Source of the DNA: Sphagnum compactum
Lineage: Eukaryota
Length of the DNA stretch: 64,000 nt
Assembly: GCA_965153455.1 (NCBI GenBank)
Contig: OZ234493.1
Coordinates: 16,048,213 to 16,112,212, forward strand
Direction: 5' to 3'
The notes below the pieces were generated by a model that was not told the origin of the DNA, did no database searches, and saw only the letters and a program-made list of their open reading frames with translations. The position numbers and the translations under genes are program-made. Shown here piece by piece: positions 56,251 to 64,000 of the stretch. The stretch's first letter is position 1; each line of letters opens with the position of its first letter.

Positions 56251-56740
56251 GCATTACATAATTTTAGAAGAGAAATTAGGGTTTTTTTTACATGAGCATT
56301 ACGCAATTGTAGACCTAAAAATAGGGTCTTTCTATTTCAAGCATTATGCAATTTCAAGCCTAAAATTAGGGTTTTCTTACATGAGCATTCTGTAATTTTA
56401 GACCTAAAATTAGGGTTTTTTTACATGAGCATTATGCAATTTCAAGCCTAAAATTAGGGTTGTCTTACATGAGCATTATGCAGTTTTAAACTTAAAATTA
56501 GGACTTTTTCACATGAACATTATGTAATTGTTGACCTAAAAGTAAGGTCTTTTTACATGAGCATTATATAATTGTAGACCTAAAATTAGGGTTTTTTACA
56601 TGAGCATTATGCAATTGTAGACCTAAAAGTAGGGTCTTTTTACATGAGCATTATATAATTTTAGACCTAAAATTAGGGTTTTTTACATGAGCATTATGCA
56701 ATTTTAAACCTAAAACTAGGGTTCTTTAACATGAGCAGTA
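56251..56740. repeat. ~44-bp tandem array (about 11 units) containing telobox TTAGGGTTT
   Basis: Unit catgagcattatgcaattttagacctaaaattagggttttttta. Five units carry a perfect AAACCCTAA on the minus strand. Confidence 0.92.
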
Positions 56741-57479
56741 CATAACTTTGCATTTTTCATCATGCTCTACGTTTATTTTGACTCACTTTCTTTTAAATTC
56801 ATGAATTTACACCTACAATTTATCATTTCCTATTTAGATTCGTTCTTGGTTTTCTATTCATGCTTTGTGGATGTGCTTTCGACTTTGCCTCATGTTTGTT
56901 ATTCCATGTGTATTTTATCTTCTCCATCAAATCACATGCCAATATTAATTGTAATATCTCAAATTCCTTTGTTGTATTTGTTTTCCTTTCACATGCTCAT
57001 TTTTTTTCTTACTTTTTACAATGTTCATATGTTTGTATTTTTGGGTTTGTTAATATTGTTTTCCTTGCAAAGCTCCAAATTTTGTTTATGTTTTATAAAA
57101 CAATGAAATCATAAATCTTTTGTTTTCTCATCGTTGTTCCATCACATTTTGGATTATGTTCACACAAGTCGTGTCCAACTTTTATGTCTTTTGTTTTTTT
57201 TTTATGCACCTTCAACATAGATAAATTATTTTGTGTTATTACTATGGACAATGTAATGGAAAAAAATATTTTGTTTATGATGGGGTGTATGTTGCTATGT
57301 TTTGATTTCATTTTCACTCTTGTTTTTTTTAATGGATATGATGAAATCCATACAATGCAAACCCAACTATGGTTGAGCTAACATAGAATAGTTTCTTTTC
57401 ATCTTTTTTGCACTCCAAAGTCATCATATGTCAAGTTTTCTTATTGTTTTGTCATCGAATTTAAAGCCATTAGGTTCAA

Positions 57480-58690
57480 AGCCATGAAACATCACATAAC
57501 TTCCTTAATTTTTTCCTTGGTAAATGTGAGGATGATAGATGGGTGAAAAACTTTACAATGGACCAAAGTTTACTTTGTTTGGAATTGTTAATTAATTGTA
57601 ACTTATTTTGATAAAGTAAGTTCTTAAACATCCAATATCAAATAGTAATCCTCTCAAACCACAAGTGTGGTGTGTTATTTATAAGTTGGCCATGGGTGTT
57701 AACTTCTTGAATTTAAATGAACTATTTGCAAACGTTAGATTTATAATGTTTATAATGCTCAAGTTCATTGGTATTGTGAAATGACTTCATTTTTCATGAA
57801 GCTTTCATCTTGGCCAATTGGAATAGAAATGAATGTTGTGATTGAAGACTTCAAGAACTGGTATGGGTTGTCAAATGTACGTGCTGCCTTTAATTGCACC
57901 CACATTTCAATCTCTAAACATCTTAACATTTTTCATGAAAACTAACTCTACCATAAGATTGGGTAATATTATACACATCATTAGCAATTATTAGTTTTTT
58001 ACAAAATATTTCATTTTTTCAACAAAAGAGTTTGTTGACCCCATCTTTATTATTTTAGAATTTCAACAATCAAGAATAACTACATGTGATGCACCTTTAT
58101 TTCAAAACATTTAGTGATAATCTAGTGGCAATGATAACCATTGGTTTGAAGAAGGTTAGAAGTTTGATTATCTAGACTTTAAACAATATTGTACCTTTGA
58201 AACTTCTTTTTCTCAACTATCCCTTTTAAAAATTATTTAGTCACAAAATAATGGTAGGTACAATATTCCATTGTGGTTTTTATTATTTGTGAACTACAAC
58301 TAATTTTTTTGTCAGATTACTAAAAAGTGTATATAATTCAAAATTCTACAAAGGCACGGATTACATAGGCATGCAAAGTGCTATTGCAATTTGTTTCATT
58401 GTGTCAATAAAAGTTCAGATCACACTCCTTTAAACTTGTTGGGTGACAAGGGTTATCCCCTTATTAATTAGATTGTGACACCTCCAAGAAAGAAGGGCAG
58501 CACACCATTAATTACAAATGCCTTACAATAATAATAAGATAATAATAATTGATTCATTTATAATAAAAAATATTTTTGATATTTTGGAAAAAATTATTGA
58601 AAACTAATGCAAAAGTTATATTTGCATGTTATTTTCTTGATATACTTACATTTTGTGTATTACATAACTTGTTGAGGTTTAAGGATGATG
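57480..58690 (+). mobile_element. Decayed PIF/Harbinger transposase (DDE_Tnp_4-type) remnant
   Basis: Ordered motifs DDRWVKNFTM, VIYKLAMG, FKNWYGLSNVRAAFNCTHISISK (cf. GLPN..GAIDGTHI), LLGDKGYPLIN*IVTP and CVLHNLL, with stops, frameshifts and extra sequence in the middle. Confidence 0.8.
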
Positions 58691-58739
58691 TAAACATTGA
58701 ATGACCACTTTGCAAAATTGACTTGAAAACAAGCATGTA

Positions 58740-59390
58740 GGGGCAAGCCCATCCTTGGGTGGTATTGCTAGGAACCTCACACCTTGATTTTTTTAGACCC
58801 ATTGAACTTTGAAAAATCATAGAAAACATTTAAATAAATATTTTCTTAATTTTTGTAATGAGTACATTTATCAAGTTCCATAGATTTTGAAATTTCAATA
58901 ATATCAAAAATATTATGTACTTTGATGTTCCTAATCATTACATTTAGAAAAAAATTCAAGAACGTAACATTGGTTCCTTTCCTTGAACTTTTTAATTGGG
59001 AACACAAATTTGAAACATGATTTGAAATTTTTCTTGGGAATTTTTTCCCCAAGGTAATTTTGAAGTCGTTCTATTTTTAGGTTTTTATTAGGCAATTGAT
59101 TGAATAAGCATGATTTAATTAGAAATTCCAAAGTTAAAGCTATCAATTTCTAAAGGGGGCATTTAAGTTAGGAATACAGAATTTTAACAATTTCCAATTT
59201 TTTTAATTCCAAAATAAAAATTCAAGCTATGTTAGCGTATTCAATTGATAAATTTGAAATATATATATATATATATAATTGTGAAAACATTTAAAGTAAA
59301 GGGCTTAGAAATATGATTTCGTTGTTTTTGGTTCCTTAACAATTCTTTGAGGTGGTTCTTAGTGGTACCACCCAAGGATGGGTTTGCCCA
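58740..59390. mobile_element. ~650-bp TIR element (MITE-like), TA-flanked
   Basis: ~36-bp TIRs gggcaagcccatccttgggtggtattgctaggaacc / ggttcttagtggtaccacccaaggatgggtttgccc with an AT-rich interior. Confidence 0.75.
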
Positions 59391-62300
59391 TAGGTGGAAA
59401 TAAAACTACACATATTAGGTATTACAATAGAAAATCCAAAGATTCAATCATAAATTATAATTTAAGAAAGATCTACAAGATGGACGCCCTCTAAAGGAGT
59501 TAATTCATTACCCCAATCAACAAAGGAACATCACAATATTTGGTATTTTGAAGCTTAATTTTTTCCTTTTAATGTCATTAAAGAAACACAAATGGGTGAT
59601 TATTATGTTCAAAGCTACAATATGTACATAGTTTTGGTTGTGCGCTAGTCAATTTGTACTTATGAGACCCATTCCAAGTGTAACTTGCTCACAACTTTGT
59701 TCAGTTATTAACATAGTTAACAACCATATCTAATTAAACTCAAACAAAATATTTCTTGTTTACTTCTTGACTTTCAATTTATTCAATATTCTTTGGAAGC
59801 TACAACATATTTTACATGTAATTTATAATCTTACACTTAACAACCTTCTTGCAACTATTTTTTTAATTTTTTGTGATTTTAAAAATGTTTATATTTTTCA
59901 AGATTTTTAAAAAAAAACTTTGGTCGCAAAAATGATTTTCATCTTGTTTTTTATGATGAAAGGATGGGACACAAATACATTGTAGAAAATTTGAGAAGGA
60001 ATTTTAATAGAAAAATAATATGTAGAAAAGAAAAGGGTGAATGCATGTTAGAGTACCCACGATTTGAAAGAAAAATGAAACTGAATATAATATCAAAAGT
60101 ATTAACACATAAGATTTCATTCATTTTGAATTATTTAAAAAATCACATATAAATGATTTGGGCTTCAAAACTAAAATAAGTTATAAGAACCATGAATATG
60201 CAATTGATTCATAATTATGCATTTGTGTAAATATAGACCAATAATTTTATAATGGTTTAAAAAACCTTTATTTGACATCACATAATTCTATTGTAATAAC
60301 TTTCTTTCATCATTAAATTACAACACTCAAGGTTGAAAATCTAACTTCATTACATACCCAACAATTAATTCAAGTATGTAAATCCATAATAAACCTCTAA
60401 CATAAATTGATCATTGTCACATCCAATTGGCCCCCACGTTCAACATTTAGTTCTATATCTACGTGTGTAATTTTTCCTTTATAGATGTGGTTTTAGTATT
60501 TTACCTTGATAGTATTAAAGCTAGTTCAAGAATATGAACTTCGTTTCTTTACTGACAATTTATGAATCATAAGAATCACTATCAACAATTGTGGGTTGAT
60601 TGGGGGTAATTGCATCTCAAAACTTGCAAAACTTGATATAATTTAATCATTGACAACTTTTCAAGGAATCTAACATTTGCTCCTTAAAATTTTGTAATAG
60701 TGTAACTAGTAAAAAACAAAATTGCCTAATAAACTTAGCAACCTTAACATCTCTTAAACAATGACATGATATACACAATTCAAGTTGATTTTGACAAGTT
60801 TCACCACCTCCATTATGCACATAGAAGCCATATGATATTCATGCAAAGATAAACTTCACCATGTGCCTACTTCTAGAAATCCTAACTTGAACTACATAAG
60901 TTTATTCAAAAGAACAATTAATGGGAATCGATTTATTTGACTTGATGGAATACCATTTGTGCACAATGCAATAGTGGAAGCATTGTTAGGGTTGAATCAT
61001 TGAACCTACAACAAGCATGGCAAGTTGTTTCATTCATTGATTTCCTCCTGAATTATAATAAAGTTTTTTTTTTAACATTTCGACAATGCAAGTCTCACAT
61101 ATCTTAAAGCATTGTTTTTACAAATGCTTATAATATTGCATAAACTTTAAATATAGCGATGATAGCAACACATTCTTTTTTTACAACTCATAATCACGAT
61201 TTGAATCAACAATGAAATGCAAATTACTACAAGGAAATTAATATTGGCACAAAAATGAACAATTTTTTCTTTTCATTTTTTTGTTTATGTGAATGTGATT
61301 TTAAGTAGCTTTTATCTCTTGACTGAATGCACAAAAATCTCAAAATTTTCAAGGATTTTTAAGATACATGTTATGTATATTTTGTGGCATGAAGAAGAAT
61401 GTTACTGATGGTCTAACATTGATTTAAGATTGAACATTGATGAAATCTTACCTTCCTATAATATGAATAGGAGGGATCTTCATGATTACTAAAAGGCTCA
61501 ATCTAATCATTTTCACAAAAAACATATTGTGTGTCGTAGGTTGTTTTTGAACCTACTATTGAAATTGTAAAGATTTTAGAAATAAACATAAGTATGACAT
61601 TTGAATTAAACCCCAATCTGCTATAATTTTAAAAATCCAAATCAATTTTTTAATCAAGAGATAAATATCAATTTAAACACACATTAGATCATGACAATTA
61701 TTAACAATATCTCCAACATTTCAAATTACAAGCAACAACAAAGCCAATGTAGGTTTCAACTTTACAAAAAAACATTTCTTGTAAGTTGCATATGTAATGG
61801 TATCTACAATTGGGAGGCAAAAGAAAATCAAAATGAGAGATTATAGATAGTAACCCAATAATTCAATAACTATAATATTAAATCGTATACATTTTAGCTA
61901 CCTTCATACCTTTACAATAAAAACCTCAAGGTTTCAATTTCTTCTTTTCTTTTTTAAATGTCCATTAAAACTTTGCAAATGATTCAGTTCCCCTTAGTCA
62001 TTAGAATGTATTTTGTACTTTAATTTTGAATAGTAGTTCCATTATAGACCTAGCCACATGTGACATACAAATAATGAATATTTGCCATAACTTACTACAT
62101 GTAACATGAGACCTATTTTTTTTAGTGTTGACAAACATTTTCCATTCTAGCACTCTTCATTTGCATTTTGATGGTACAACATAATGAGAAAACAAAAGAA
62201 CAATTATGTCATTAGCCAATTTAATAAAAAGATAAATTTTCCACATCAAACCTCTAGCATAAGACATACAATGTGTCTAGTAGTAAGTAAATGGCATGTA

Positions 62301-63399
62301 AAACATTGCTTGCCATAGCCTTGTGTCCATCTATTTTGTCATTGATGACAAGAGAAAGGAATGAAGGAAAAGAATAAAATAAAACGTCATAACATGGTAG
62401 GTCAATTGTAGAATGGGCCTTTTTGGATGCATGTTCTTTAAACATTGGACTTGTCATATATAACCAACCAACTAATTGTGTTTGCCCCATACATGCTTGG
62501 TAAAACCTAAAATCATACAAGCATGTCTACCATCTTGGGGCAATAATAAATTCTTATAACATAAACAACAAAAATAAATTAAATAATCAGTTAAAATTTA
62601 ATCTTATCATGATTTTTGTTATTAAATGTTCATCAAAGCCTTATTGAAGTTTTTAAAATAACATGAAATTAATTAAAAACATTTATATCTCAAAAAACAT
62701 ATTTTGATTAAATTTTTTTTTGACATGTTTATTTTAATCAATTCTTGCATAATCTTTCAAATCAAATTTCTAAGAATTTCATTTTAATAAGATTTAAACG
62801 AATTGAAGCTAATTATTTGTATTTTTATCAAAAAAATCATTTAAAAAATTAGTCATATGAATTTTTTTTACATTTCCTAGTGATATGAAACCTCGTGATA
62901 TAAAAGGGCAAGTGACAAACCAAAACAATAAAATGATAATAGAGGCATGATTAAATTAGTTACCCAACATTCATATTTTGAAAAGAAACCCAACAAGTAA
63001 ATGGGTAGACTTCAAAACAATCCATCAATTGGATGGGTGCACCCAAAATTTACACATGTTTGTCCATTAGCTTCGGGCAATAACAACATAAGGTTTGCAT
63101 ATAGGATCACTATGTAGTTGAACAAACTTAAAATTTGTAAATATAAACAAGATAAGTACACCAACAAATAATGAAAATATGTGTATCATGACAAATGTAA
63201 TGATGCCCAAATAATTTTGATCCTCCCCAAACATCATCTTCTTTTATAACCCAATTTCACATAAGTGAATGGAAAAGTCTCTTTTGACCCTCAAGTTCAA
63301 AACCAATAAAGGTTGACATTTTGAGCTTTACACCTAAAAAAACCAACATAAGAAATTCACTAGAAAATTGAAACTACTTTAATTTCAAATTTTTAACCC

Positions 63400-64000
63400 A
63401 CAAAAATCCAATAAAAGATCGATGGCCAGAACCATCACAAGGGAGACAAAAAGGGAAGGCCAAAAAAAGGCCAGAGGATGCACAACCCACATGAACCAAA
63501 AAAAAGGGAAAGAGCTAATCCTTTTTGAGGTAGGAACTATCTCACCCACAACCCCTTTAATGTCACCTGCATGCAAATCGTGAGATCTAATAGTAATGGG
63601 AGGTCTAGAACAAGCATCACCTACCAACGCAATTTTCCTTTCTATAACAGAAGTTAAAGCATGTTTAAAAGCAACACTAACACATTACCTGAAAAACTAA
63701 ATGCAAAAAATAAGGATAAATGACCTCCTAATCGTCTATTGTGGAGAAAAGACGAGCACATTCCTAATGAAATAATCCATATCACACTCGAGTGTGCCGT
63801 ACACCTTCATGGCCATTGGAATAAAGTGGTGCCCCTCATGAAACCCTCTATACTTACAGATCTTAACAATGCCACTAAACTTCACAGCTACACCTATTAG
63901 TCAATTAATGACACTCGAAGCCACCATCTCCTGTGTTAGGTTAATAACCACCACATCGGCAATGAAGACCTGATCCTCTCAGATCATGTAAAGATCGACT
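63400..64000 (-). mobile_element. Decayed 3' end of a non-LTR retrotransposon with restriction-like endonuclease (CRE/R2-type), running off the window edge
   Basis: Minus frame VDLYMI*EDQVFIADVVV...KICKYRGFHEGHHFIPMAMKVYG...VSVAFKHA resembles the RLE pattern D..DV....K..KY...F.P...E..G..QR.S.ALQ. It contains stops. Confidence 0.65.

Noticed and set aside
59400..63380. Long AT-rich stretch, probably old TE debris
   Set aside because: No recognisable motifs, termini or credible ORFs.

Overview
This is eukaryotic land-plant nuclear DNA: GT-AG introns, AT-rich repeat-filled intergenic space and plant CCCTAAA motifs. A bryophyte such as Sphagnum is my inference and is not verified. Five intact protein-coding genes can be built by hand with consistent exon phases: thylakoid FtsH2/8-type protease (-, 4 exons), exosome nuclease RRP44A/DIS3 (+, 24 exons, one intron U12-type), an intronless PNGase A (+), TAF9 (+, 2 exons) and a ~933-aa TRF-like protein with a PHD finger and telobox Myb domain (-, 9 exons). 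The intergenic DNA holds non-autonomous CACTA, Tourist/Harbinger, Helitron and other TIR elements, a decayed Harbinger transposase, a decayed RLE-type LINE end, several tandem arrays built around the telobox AAACCCTAA, an orphan repeat-containing small ORF and a probable decayed multi-exon gene. I found no CRISPR, rRNA or tRNA. I cannot claim a wholly new biological system. The best leads are the telobox array directly upstream of the telobox-Myb gene, a possible PHD-skipping splice donor in that gene, the U12 intron and the orphan PELL-repeat ORF.
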